NCBI GenBank assembly: GCA_017962605.1
Contig: JAGCUY010000001.1
Coordinates: 27,880 to 91,879 of the forward strand
Direction of reading: 5' to 3'
Length of the DNA: 64,000 nucleotides
Source: Kiritimatiellia bacterium
GTDB taxonomy: Bacteria > Verrucomicrobiota > Kiritimatiellia > RFP12 > JAAYLN01
Position numbers and translations under genes: made by a program. A model generated the notes under the pieces. The model ran no database searches and was not told where the DNA came from. It saw only the letters and a list, made by a program, of their open reading frames with translations. Below, in pieces: positions 56,395 through 64,000 of the stretch. How positions within the stretch are numbered: position 1 is the stretch's first letter; every line of letters begins with the position of its first letter.

Positions 56395-56817
56395 CTACTC
56401 GTCATCCTCTGGGCGGGCGAAGTGGCTGAGAATATATGAGGTGGCCGCGTCGAGGGATGGGAGAATCTTGGTGCAGAAGCGCACCATCCATGGCGAGCAG
56501 GCGGCGAAGGAGAAGGGCGAGAAGGCCACGATGAACTTGCCCAAGTCATGCGCGGCGTAGAAAACCTCCATCGAGGTGCCGATGGAGGGCTTGTTGTAGT
56601 TCACCAGGAGGATGTCGGCGTCTCGGACATCCTGGAGGTCGAACTCGACGATCTCGTTGGCCGAATCGACTTCGCGGTCCTTGAAGTTGCGGCGCATCGG
56701 GTCGAGAATCGCGAAGCGCTCGCCAAGGACGAGCCGCGCCTCGGCGCGCCAATCGGCGGCGTCGCCGGCAATCTCGTCCATGATCGGGCCGGAGAGATAG
56801 ACCTTTAGCTTTTTCAT
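56395..56817 (-). CDS. Nucleoside 2-deoxyribosyltransferase-like protein (PF05014/DUF4406-like)
   Basis: MKKLKVYLSGPIMDE... (YLAGP-like N-terminal motif) and an acidic ...IGTSMEVFYA region typical of the NDT-like Rossmannoid fold. Confidence 0.55.
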   Translation of the reverse strand: MKKLKVYLSGPIMDEIAGDAADWRAEARLVLGERFAILDPMRRNFKDREVDSANEIVEFDLQDVRDADILLVNYNKPSIGTSMEVFYAAHDLGKFIVAFSPFSFAACSPWMVRFCTKILPSLDAATSYILSHFARPEDDE

Positions 56818-56821
56818 CGCG

Positions 56822-57046
56822 CTAGGCGACCTTGAGGAAGTTCCAATCCTGAATGAGGATGCCCAGAACGACGGCGAAGATGATGAGGGCGACGATGCCG
56901 ATGATGCCGGCGACCGTCCAGTTCGCGGACTTCACCGGCTCGGCGGCGAGGTCGTTGCGGAAGCGCTCGGAAATGTAGGGCGTGCCGTCGCCTTGCGCGG
57001 GCGGGATGGGCTGCATGTCTGGGGTGATGGGGGTTAGTTCTGCCAT
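56822..57046 (-). CDS. Small membrane protein (74 aa, one TM helix)
   Basis: WTVAGIIGIVALIIFAVVLGILI hydrophobic segment. Tightly spaced within the gene string. Confidence 0.45.
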   Translation of the reverse strand: MAELTPITPDMQPIPPAQGDGTPYISERFRNDLAAEPVKSANWTVAGIIGIVALIIFAVVLGILIQDWNFLKVA

Positions 57047-57066
57047 AGTTGACTCCTTGAAAAAAC

Positions 57067-57366
57067 TTATTCCGGTGCGTCGAAGATGAATTCCGTTTCG
57101 CCGGGGGAGATGCGGTGGTTCCTGCGGGCTTCGTGTTCGACAAAGTCCTTGTCGTCTTTGAAACGGGCGCAGCGGTTGTTTATGTCATCCACTTCGGCGC
57201 TTTCGGCCGCGACGCGGAGCTTGAGCTCATCGCGCACCGCCTCGAGGCGGTGCTTCTCCTCGATGTCTGGCCTGACCATGAGGAATGAAAAGGCAGCCGC
57301 CGCGGCAATGAGGACTATGCCCGCCACGGTCCATTTCGCAAGATTTCCACCACTTTGTTTTTGCAT
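57067..57366 (-). CDS. FtsB/DivIC-like septum formation initiator
   Basis: N-terminal TM helix then a coiled coil (EEKHRLEAVRDELKLRVAAESAEVDDIN), about 99 aa. Confidence 0.55.
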   Translation of the reverse strand: MQKQSGGNLAKWTVAGIVLIAAAAAFSFLMVRPDIEEKHRLEAVRDELKLRVAAESAEVDDINNRCARFKDDKDFVEHEARRNHRISPGETEFIFDAPE

Positions 57367-57422
57367 ATCCCGATTATATCACATTTCCGTTTTGATAGAA
57401 TGGAAGGGTGGAGTTTTTTTCA

Positions 57423-58580
57423 ATGCCTGTTGCAATTCTCATCCTTTCGGTGCTGCTTGGAATGGCCGTAGCCACGATTGCCGCCCTGGTGTTTTTCGGG
57501 GCAAGGGCCTCCAGGCGGCATGAGCGCGAGGCGCGCGAAGCCGCCGAGGCGCTGCGGTCGCAGTTCGCCTCGCTGGCGGCCGAGGAGCTAAAGGAACAGA
57601 CGAAGAGCCTGGTGGAGCGCAACCGCGACGAAGTCTCGGCGCTGGCGGGAGGTTTGCGCGACGAACTTCTGCGGTCGATGTCGGAACTTCGCGCCGCAAC
57701 TGAGCGCGCAACGACCACGACATCGGAAATCGGCGCAAAGATGATGGAGGGCGTGGGCGGAGTCCGCGCCTCGGCGGAACGCCTCGGGCGCAAGGCGGAG
57801 GGGCTTGAGCAGGCGCTCTCTGGCGGCAACAAGCGGCAGGGCATCTGGGGCGAGGCCGTGCTGGCGCGGATTTTCGAGCTGTCGGGCCTGAAGGAGAACG
57901 TGAACTACTGGCTGCAGAAGGGTGAGCGCGGCGCGGGCATCCCCGACTCCGAAGTCCTCGACCCGGCCGGACGGATTCTGGTGATCGACAGCAAGACAAG
58001 CCTCACGGCCTACTTGGCGGCATGCAACGCAACTGACGACGCCGAGGTGTCGCGCCTGCTGGACGAGCATGTGAAGAGCGTCAAGACGCACATCGCCGAA
58101 CTCTCCGGCAAGGACTATATCGGGCGGCTCCGCCAGGCGCATCCCGACAAGATATACTTGCCGCAGGTGGCGATGTTCGTGCCGAGCGAGGCGGCGCATG
58201 CCGCCGCGATGGCGCGCGACCCGACGCTGGCGCAGTTCGCCGCCGAGCGCAATGTGGCGCTCGTAACGCCCCTGACGCTCCAGTCCTATCTTCGAATCGT
58301 CGCGCTGGCATGGCAGCAGGACAACATCGAGCGCAACCATGCGGAGATCGTGGCGAAGGCGGAGCTGCTGCTGAAGCGCGTAAATGCCAGCCTCACGGCG
58401 TTGGAGACACTTGGCACCTCGATGCGCAAGGCGCAGGATGAATACGACAAGGTTATGGGGTTGGTTGGACAGCGCGAGGGGGCGCATAGCTTTGTGAAGC
58501 CGGCGCAGGATCTGGTGGCGCTGGGGATAAGGATTGACAAGGCCCGCGCCAAGGCGCTGGACCAGGAGGCTGATGCATGA
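57423..58580 (+). CDS. rmuC: DNA recombination protein RmuC
   Basis: N-terminal TM helix, coiled coil, and C-terminal RmuC nuclease-like core (GIWGEAVLARIFELSGLKENVNYWLQ...ILVIDSKTSLTAYL). ATG at 57423 behind GGAAGGGTGGAG. Confidence 0.8.
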   Translation: MPVAILILSVLLGMAVATIAALVFFGARASRRHEREAREAAEALRSQFASLAAEELKEQTKSLVERNRDEVSALAGGLRDELLRSMSELRAATERATTTTSEIGAKMMEGVGGVRASAERLGRKAEGLEQALSGGNKRQGIWGEAVLARIFELSGLKENVNYWLQKGERGAGIPDSEVLDPAGRILVIDSKTSLTAYLAACNATDDAEVSRLLDEHVKSVKTHIAELSGKDYIGRLRQAHPDKIYLPQVAMFVPSEAAHAAAMARDPTLAQFAAERNVALVTPLTLQSYLRIVALAWQQDNIERNHAEIVAKAELLLKRVNASLTALETLGTSMRKAQDEYDKVMGLVGQREGAHSFVKPAQDLVALGIRIDKARAKALDQEADA

Positions 58581-59311
58581 AGCAAGGCGAAGGGGATGCG
58601 GGAGTCCGCGTGGTTCTGGTTTCGCCGCTGTATGCGGGAAACGTCGGCTCTGTTTGCCGCGCGATGGCTAACATGGGCTACTCCGATTTGGTGATCGTTG
58701 CGCCACGCATAGAGGACGCCGACTGGCCTGAGGCGGAGCGCCTGGCCGTCCATGCGGGCGGCATCCTTGCCTCCATGCGGACGGTGAAGACGATGGCCGA
58801 GGCGGTGGAGGGCTGCGTGGCGGTCGCGGGCGCGACTGCGCGCGACGGCCTCTACCGCGGCCACATCGCCCTGGTGCGCGAGGCCGCGCCGGAGCTGGCC
58901 GCCATAGCCAAGACCGGCAAGGTGGCGTTGGTGCTGGGGCGCGAGGACAACGGGCTTGAGAACGACGAAATCCAGCAATGCACCCACCTGCTGCGCATAC
59001 CGTCGTGCGACGAATACCGCTCGCTCAACCTTGCGCAGGCGGCGATGGTGTGCCTCTACGAGCTGCGGCTCGCGTCGGGCGTTGAGGCCCTGCCCGGGGA
59101 GAAGTCGCCCCCGGCCTCTGCCGGACACAGGAAGCGCCTCTTCGAAGTGTGGCGCGAGGCCATGCTTGCAACGGGTTTCATGAAGGAAGACAAGGCCGAC
59201 CACATGATGCAGGGCTTCGCCCGCATCTTCTCGCGTGGCGTGAAGACTCAGGACGACGCGGACATCATGCTCGGCGTGGCGCGTCAGGCGCTCTGGGCGG
59301 CAAGGCATTAA
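58577..59311 (+). CDS. SpoU/TrmH-family RNA 2'-O-methyltransferase (TrmJ-like)
   Basis: VVLVSPLYAGNVGSVCRAMANMG and LGREDNGL motifs. ATG overlaps the rmuC stop (ATGA). Confidence 0.7.
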   Translation: MKQGEGDAGVRVVLVSPLYAGNVGSVCRAMANMGYSDLVIVAPRIEDADWPEAERLAVHAGGILASMRTVKTMAEAVEGCVAVAGATARDGLYRGHIALVREAAPELAAIAKTGKVALVLGREDNGLENDEIQQCTHLLRIPSCDEYRSLNLAQAAMVCLYELRLASGVEALPGEKSPPASAGHRKRLFEVWREAMLATGFMKEDKADHMMQGFARIFSRGVKTQDDADIMLGVARQALWAARH

Positions 59312-59485
59312 GGGGGAACGGGGAACGGGGAACAGGGAACGGGGAACAGGGGAGTTGAAAGGTTGAAAGGTTGAAAGGTTGAAAAGTTGAAGTGGGGAAA
59401 TGGGGAAGAATGTGGAAATGTGAAAGTGTGGAAACAGCCAACAGCCAATGTGGAAATGGTGAGGAACTGGGAACGGGGAACGGAT
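59312..59485. repeat. Purine-only (on plus strand) tandem arrays: (GGGGAAC)n, (GTTGAAAG)4, (GGAAATG)-like, upstream of guaA
   Basis: AGGGGGAACGGGGAACGGGGAACAGGGAACGGGGAACAGGGG AGTTGAAAGGTTGAAAGGTTGAAAGGTTGAAAAG...GGGAACGGGGAACGG. Nearly C-free on the guaA-sense strand. Confidence 0.65.
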
Positions 59486-59502
59486 AATTTAGGAGAATGG
59501 AA

Positions 59503-61047
59503 ATGGATAATTACGGCAATTGGATAGCGGTGCTGGACTTCGGCTCGCAATACAACCAGCTGATCGCGAGGCGCATCCGCGAGCAGGGCGTTTACAGCGA
59601 ACTTCTGCCATACACGACTACGGCGGCGGAGCTGCTGGCGCGGCCGGGGCTGAAGGGGATCGTCCTTTCGGGCAGCCCGAAGAGCGTGAACGCGCCCGAC
59701 GCCTACGACTGCGATCCGGCGATCTTCTCGTGCGGCCTGCCAGTGCTGGGCATCTGCTACGGCATGCAGCGCATGTCGAAGTCGCTTGGCGGCTCGGTCG
59801 GCGCCAACCCGCACGGCAAGGAATACGGGAAGATGTCAATCGACGTGCTTTGCGACTGCCCGCTTTTCGACGGCCTTCCGTCGCGGCAAGACGTGTGGAT
59901 GAGCCATGGCGGCCACGTGCAGGTCCTGCCAGAGGGCTTTGTCCTCGCGGCCCGCAGCGCAAGCGGACAGTTCGCGGCGGCCTTCAACACCGCGCGCAAG
60001 CTCTACGCGGTGCAGTTCCACCCGGAGGTGCGGCACAGCGTCTATGGCAACGCCATCATCGCCAACTTCATCTTCCGCGTCTGCGGCGCCGCCCGCGACT
60101 GGACGATGCAGAACTACCTCGAGCGCCAGGTCGAGGAGATCAGGAAGACGGTCGGCGACGGCCGCGTCCTCTGCGGCCTCTCGGGCGGCGTGGATTCGAC
60201 GGTCGTGGCGGTGCTGCTGCACAAGGCCATCGGCAAGCAGCTCACCTGCATGTTCATCGACCACGGCATGCTCCGCAAGAACGAAGGCGACCAGGTGATG
60301 GAGACATGCCAGGGCCTGTTCGGCATAGACGTGGTGCGCATCGACGCCAGCGAACGCTTCCTCTCCAAGCTGGAGGGCGTGTCGGAGCCGGAGCGCAAGC
60401 GCAAGATCATCGGCGCGGAGTTTGTGCACTGCTTCGACGAGGAGAGCGCGAAGCTCGGCGACTTCGCCTTCCTGGCGCAGGGCACTCTCTACACCGACGT
60501 CATCGAGAGCGGCACCAAGACGGCGCAGACGATCAAGAGCCATCACAACGTCGGCGGTCTGCCGAAGGACATCAAGTTCAAGCTGGTCGAGCCGCTGAAG
60601 GCCCTCTTCAAAGACGAGGCGCGCGCGCTGGGCGAGGCGCTTGGCATTCCCTCGCACATCGTCTGGCGTCAGCCGTTCCCCGGGCCGGGGCTTGCGATAC
60701 GAATCCTTGGCGCAGTTACCGAGGAGCGGCTTGCGATCGTTCGTGAGAGCGACGCCATCCTGCGCGACGAGATCGCCCTTGCCGGCCTGGAGCGCGAGGT
60801 CTGGCAGTATTTCACGGTGCTCACCAACGTGCAGTCCGTGGGCGTGATGGGCGACGAGCGCACTTACAGCGCCGCAGTCGCAATCCGCGCCGTAACCTCT
60901 ATCGACGGCATGACGGCCGACTGGGCGCGGCTACCCTACGACGTGCTGGACAGGGTGAGCCGCAGGATCGTGAACGAGGTGCGCGGGATCAACCGCGTCG
61001 TTTACGACATCAGCTCAAAGCCCCCGGCCACCATTGAGTGGGAATAG
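59503..61047 (+). CDS. guaA: GMP synthase (glutamine-hydrolysing)
   Basis: GATase ILDFGSQY-type start, ATP-pyrophosphatase SGGVDS, C-terminal dimerisation domain. Start at [19 protein letters not shown], 7 nt after AGGAGA. Confidence 0.9.
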   Translation: MDNYGNWIAVLDFGSQYNQLIARRIREQGVYSELLPYTTTAAELLARPGLKGIVLSGSPKSVNAPDAYDCDPAIFSCGLPVLGICYGMQRMSKSLGGSVGANPHGKEYGKMSIDVLCDCPLFDGLPSRQDVWMSHGGHVQVLPEGFVLAARSASGQFAAAFNTARKLYAVQFHPEVRHSVYGNAIIANFIFRVCGAARDWTMQNYLERQVEEIRKTVGDGRVLCGLSGGVDSTVVAVLLHKAIGKQLTCMFIDHGMLRKNEGDQVMETCQGLFGIDVVRIDASERFLSKLEGVSEPERKRKIIGAEFVHCFDEESAKLGDFAFLAQGTLYTDVIESGTKTAQTIKSHHNVGGLPKDIKFKLVEPLKALFKDEARALGEALGIPSHIVWRQPFPGPGLAIRILGAVTEERLAIVRESDAILRDEIALAGLEREVWQYFTVLTNVQSVGVMGDERTYSAAVAIRAVTSIDGMTADWARLPYDVLDRVSRRIVNEVRGINRVVYDISSKPPATIEWE

Positions 61048-61067
61048 AGGAATGTGGACTTTTTAGT

Positions 61068-61130
61068 GAACCACGAAATACGCGAAGCACACGAAAGCCT
61101 TTGGTGTATTTAGTGTGTTTCGTGGTTTAG
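61068..61130. terminator. Structured inverted repeat after guaA (10-bp outer stem AACCACGAAA/TTTCGTGGTT with an internal CACACGAAA arm)
   Basis: GTGAACCACGAAATACGCGAAGCACACGAAAGCCTTTGGTGTATTTAGTGTGTTTCGTGGTTTAG, followed by TTAG and the PPIase RBS. Confidence 0.35.
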
Positions 61131-61161
61131 TTAGCGAAGGTAAGAATAAGGAATCGAAACA

Positions 61162-62052
61162 ATGGAAAAGAATGCAATGGTCCTTGTGGACGGCGAACCA
61201 GTGACCGAGGAAATGGTGGCTTTCGAGCTGAAGCGGCTCATCGGCTTTTACAGCCAGCACCTGCCTGAAGGGCAGCTGGAGTCGCAGATGGACACCCTGC
61301 GGCGCAAGGCCGTCGATCAGGCGATTGGCTCCAAGCTCCTCTTCCGCGAGGCGGAGCGCAGGAACATCGAAGTTCCCGCCGAGGACATCGAGCGGAGCGT
61401 CATGGGAATGGCGCGCCAGTTGGGCGGCATGGACAAGCTGCGTGCGCAACTGAAGCGCCAGGGGCTGACCGAGTCGGCCTTCCGCGAGCAGATCAGGCGC
61501 GGCCGCCGCGTGGATCTCCTTGTGGCGGAGGTAACGGGCAGCGTCGCGGAACCGACAGAGGAGGAGTGCCGCGAATACTTCGAGGCGCACGAGGACGAAT
61601 ACCAGAAGGCGGAGCGCGTCCTGGCGCAGCACATCCTGATAACGCCCAAGGACTCCACGCCCGAGGCGAAGGCGGCCGCCCGCGCCAAGCTGGAGGAGAT
61701 TCGGGACAGGGTGAAGAACGGCACCGACTTCGGCGACGAGGCGACGGCGCACAGCGACTGCCCCAGCGGCAAGAACGGCGGGAGCCTTGGCTGGTTCTCC
61801 CGCGGCATGATGGTTCCGGCCTTCGAGAACGCCGCATTTGGGATGTCGGTTGGAGATGTCTCGGATATCGTCGAGACGCAGTTCGGCTACCACCTCATCT
61901 ACAAGACCGACCACGAGGCGCCCTCTGCGGCCACCTTCGCCGACGCGGCGGACTCCATCCGCGACCTGCTCATCCACTCGCGGCGCGGCGAGGCCCTGTC
62001 GCAGTTCGTCGATGGCCTCAAGAAGAAAGCCAAGATCGAAGTTTGCAAGTAA
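61162..62052 (+). CDS. Parvulin-type peptidyl-prolyl cis-trans isomerase (PpiC/SurA-like)
   Basis: HILITPKD...CPSGKNGGSLGWFSRGMMVPAFENAAF...GYHLIYK rotamase domain. Confidence 0.75.
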   Translation: MEKNAMVLVDGEPVTEEMVAFELKRLIGFYSQHLPEGQLESQMDTLRRKAVDQAIGSKLLFREAERRNIEVPAEDIERSVMGMARQLGGMDKLRAQLKRQGLTESAFREQIRRGRRVDLLVAEVTGSVAEPTEEECREYFEAHEDEYQKAERVLAQHILITPKDSTPEAKAAARAKLEEIRDRVKNGTDFGDEATAHSDCPSGKNGGSLGWFSRGMMVPAFENAAFGMSVGDVSDIVETQFGYHLIYKTDHEAPSAATFADAADSIRDLLIHSRRGEALSQFVDGLKKKAKIEVCK

Positions 62053-63188
62053 TGAAAATGAAGCGGGGGATGAAGGGCCGCAGCGGCCCGTGGACAAAGG
62101 AAGCCGCCTGGGAGTGGTATCGCGCCCAGCCGTGGATTCGCGGCTGCAACTACATGCCGGCCAGCTGCGCCAATCGCGTTGACCAGTGGCAGGAACTCGG
62201 CTGCGAGGAGCGCTTCGCGGAGATGGATAGGGAACTCCAGGTCGCGGAGGACATCGGCTTCAACACCCTGCGGCTCCTTGTCGAGCTGCAGGGTTTCGGC
62301 GTGTGGCTTGCCGACCGCGAGGGCTTCTTGGCGCGTTTCGAGCGGGCGCTGTCCGTGATGGCGCGTCACAAGATGCGAGCCATCGTCGTGCTTGGCAACG
62401 ACTGCATGCGCCCGAAAAGGGTGTGGCAGCTGCCGAAGCCGGGGCCGCAGAGTTTCGACATCGGCTACCACGGCGGCCGCAGGCAAAGCCAGCACGGCAG
62501 CTTCCCCGGCGAAATCGGCTTCTCGCAGGTTGACGACCCCGAACTCAAGCCGAAGTTCTTCGAGATGTGCGCCGAGCTGCTGGAGAAGTATCGCGACGAC
62601 AGCCGCATCCTGTTTTGGAACCTCTGGAACGAGCCGGGCAATTCGGGGCGCGGCAAGGTGAGCGTGGCGCCCATGCGCGAGCTCTTCGAGCTGGCCTGGG
62701 GCATCAACCCCTCGCAGCCGCTGGCGGCCGATGTCTGGTCGAAAGACTACGGCTGCGACCCCGACGGCGAGAACCAGGCGCAGGTCCTGGCGGGGCAGCT
62801 CTCAGACATAGTCTCCTACCACTGCTACGGCGACTACGAGCGGCAGATTCGCGTCATCCGCGCCCTGCGCCGCCACTACGGCAGGCCGCTAGTCAATACC
62901 GAGTGGCTCGCCCGCATCCTGCACAACGACGTCTTCTCGGCCTATCCGCTCTTCTACATCGAGCGCGTCGGCTGCACCTGCTGGGGCTTCGTGGCCGGCA
63001 AATACCAGACCTACGAACCTTGGGAGGGGATGTGGCGCGGCATCGAGGAGGGAACGCCCGAAAGCCGCGACTGGGACATGACCAAGTGGTTCCACGATCT
63101 AATCCGCCCATCCCTGCGTCCCTACGACCCGAAGGAGGTCGCCCTCATCAAGCGCTTCAACGCGCTTGCGGATGAGGATGGGGAATAG
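62052..63188 (+). CDS. Clan GH-A glycoside hydrolase (GH5/GH26-like TIM barrel), ~379 aa
   Basis: LFWNLWNEPGN acid/base motif. True start at MKMKRGMKG (TAATG overlap with the PPIase stop); the track ORF extension to 61566 is the PPIase reading frame's shadow. Confidence 0.55.
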   Translation: MKMKRGMKGRSGPWTKEAAWEWYRAQPWIRGCNYMPASCANRVDQWQELGCEERFAEMDRELQVAEDIGFNTLRLLVELQGFGVWLADREGFLARFERALSVMARHKMRAIVVLGNDCMRPKRVWQLPKPGPQSFDIGYHGGRRQSQHGSFPGEIGFSQVDDPELKPKFFEMCAELLEKYRDDSRILFWNLWNEPGNSGRGKVSVAPMRELFELAWGINPSQPLAADVWSKDYGCDPDGENQAQVLAGQLSDIVSYHCYGDYERQIRVIRALRRHYGRPLVNTEWLARILHNDVFSAYPLFYIERVGCTCWGFVAGKYQTYEPWEGMWRGIEEGTPESRDWDMTKWFHDLIRPSLRPYDPKEVALIKRFNALADEDGE

Positions 63189-63189
63189 A

Positions 63190-63315
63190 GAAGTTTAGAG
63201 GTTTGGCGCTTTGCGCCTTGGAAGTTTGGCGCTTTGCGCCTTGGAGAGGGCTTGGGACTAGGGGCGGCTTCCGAATCCCGAATCCCGGCTTCCGGCTATC
63301 GGCTCCCGGCTTTCG
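63190..63315. repeat. Tandem 23-nt repeat containing GGCGCTTTGCGCC mini-hairpins, followed by a (GGGACTAGGGG)/(CCGAATCCC)x2/(CGGCTNCCGG) array
   Basis: GAAGTTTGGCGCTTTGCGCCTTG x2 ... GGGCTTGGGACTAGGGGCGGCTTCCGAATCCCGAATCCCGGCTTCCGGCTATCGGCTCCCGGC. Related to the 49214-49280 array in inverted orientation. Confidence 0.6.
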
Positions 63316-63354
63316 ACGGCGCGAAAGCGCCTCAACGATGCATAGGGAGCGGTC

Positions 63355-64000
63355 TTAAAGCCCAAACTGGGCGTAGAAGTCGCGCTCGGCGACGACGGGG
63401 ATGCCGAGCGCGGCGGCTTTCTGCACCTTGTTCGCGCCAGGGGCGTCGCCTGTCACGACGTAGTTTGTCTTGGCCGTCACCGACGAGACGTATTTCGCCC
63501 CGTGGCGTTCGAAGAACTCCTTTATCTCCTCGCGCTTGAAGCGGTAGGATGTGCCGGTGAAGATGACCGAGAGCCCGTCCAGCTCGCCGCCCAGGCGCTC
63601 CGCGGCCGCGAAGGTGGTGTTGAAGCCGAAGGCCGGATCGAAGAGGCATGCGTATTCGTCGAGGTGGCAGTCAGGCGAAGGGGCGGGCGCCGCTTCAACG
63701 GACGCCTCCGAGAAGAGCGGGAGGTCGGCGCCAGAGGCGATGGACTGCGCCGATGAATCGCTGCATCGGCCCACATTGCCGAAGAAGGCGGCGATGGCGT
63801 CGGCGGTTATCTCGCCGATGTTCTCGACGGCGAGGAGGTCGCCTTCAGTCGCCGCCTTCAGCGCGTCGAGCGAGCCGAAGTGCGCCGCCAGCTGGCGGCC
63901 GGTGAGCTTGCCCACGCCGTCGATTCCGAGGCCGCCGATGATGCGGTCGAGGGTGAGGGTGCCTATGCTGGCGCGGACGCCGTCGAAGATCGCGCCTACG
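63355..64000 (-). CDS. ligA: NAD-dependent DNA ligase, C-terminal HhH and BRCT part; 5' end lies outside the window
   Basis: ...LDRIIGGLGIDGVGKLTGRQLAAHFGSLDALKAA (HhH) and the BRCT motif VIFTGTSYRFKREEIKEFFERHGAKYVSSVTAKTNYVVTGDAPGANKVQKAAALGIPVVAE. The frame is open to nt 64000. Confidence 0.8.
   Translation of the reverse strand, partial: VGAIFDGVRASIGTLTLDRIIGGLGIDGVGKLTGRQLAAHFGSLDALKAATEGDLLAVENIGEITADAIAAFFGNVGRCSDSSAQSIASGADLPLFSEASVEAAPAPSPDCHLDEYACLFDPAFGFNTTFAAAERLGGELDGLSVIFTGTSYRFKREEIKEFFERHGAKYVSSVTAKTNYVVTGDAPGANKVQKAAALGIPVVAERDFYAQFGL

Noticed and set aside
61566-62051. Upstream extension of ORF 61566-63188.
   Set aside because: It is the +1 shadow of the PPIase gene. The GH-A gene starts at the ATG overlapping the PPIase stop.
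1-64000. Search for CRISPR arrays, tRNA or rRNA genes and intact IS/transposase genes.
   Set aside because: The tandem arrays found are 6-13-nt unit simple repeats without spacer-like unique segments. No cloverleaf-like conserved tRNA stretches or rRNA-like regions were seen. No transposase or integrase ORF was recognised.

Overview
High-GC (about 64%) bacterial chromosome fragment, densely coding and mostly on the minus strand. The gene content suggests a PVC-superphylum organism (Lentisphaerae, Verrucomicrobia, Kiritimatiellae or Planctomycetes-like): eukaryotic-type Ser/Thr kinases fused to an FGE/SUMF1 domain, hybrid XylR-like AraC regulators, and many secreted CAZymes. This is an inference, not a match. 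Positions 1-47800 form an accessory polysaccharide-degradation region: two GH78 rhamnosidases, two paralogous GH5 enzymes (one fused to a CE7-like esterase), GH35, GH13, a GH39-like hydrolase, a CE15 glucuronoyl esterase, a truncated GH28, two large beta-helix proteins, a roughly 1300-aa PA14 surface protein, and three paralogous XylR-like regulators. This region also holds a kinase-NTPase-kinase cassette, three orphan Arch_ATPase/DUF4143-type NTPases, a VapC/RHH toxin-antitoxin pair, and a PF09820-like ATPase-nuclease. Positions 47900-64000 are housekeeping: Gfo/Idh/MocA oxidoreductase, pheS, polA, hslO, an FtsB-like protein, rmuC, a TrmH-family methyltransferase, guaA, a parvulin PPIase, and partial ligA. 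Noteworthy non-genic signals are: (i) an octamer-based (CTCTGTG)3 repeat inserted in-frame into three sites of the kinase genes, plus an 83-bp palindromic in-frame copy pair in one GH5 paralog (RPE/MITE-like); (ii) strand-asymmetric G-rich heptamer arrays with G-quadruplex potential in almost every intergenic spacer of the housekeeping half; (iii) a low-GC 800-bp gene-free tract with iterated GATTACGG-CGGAA motifs. The best candidate for an undescribed system is the two-kinase plus ATPase cassette at 1497-7026. No rRNA, tRNA or CRISPR array was seen. My hand-derived coordinates can be off by 1-2 nt in places; gene boundaries rely on the supplied ORF track plus codon-offset arithmetic.
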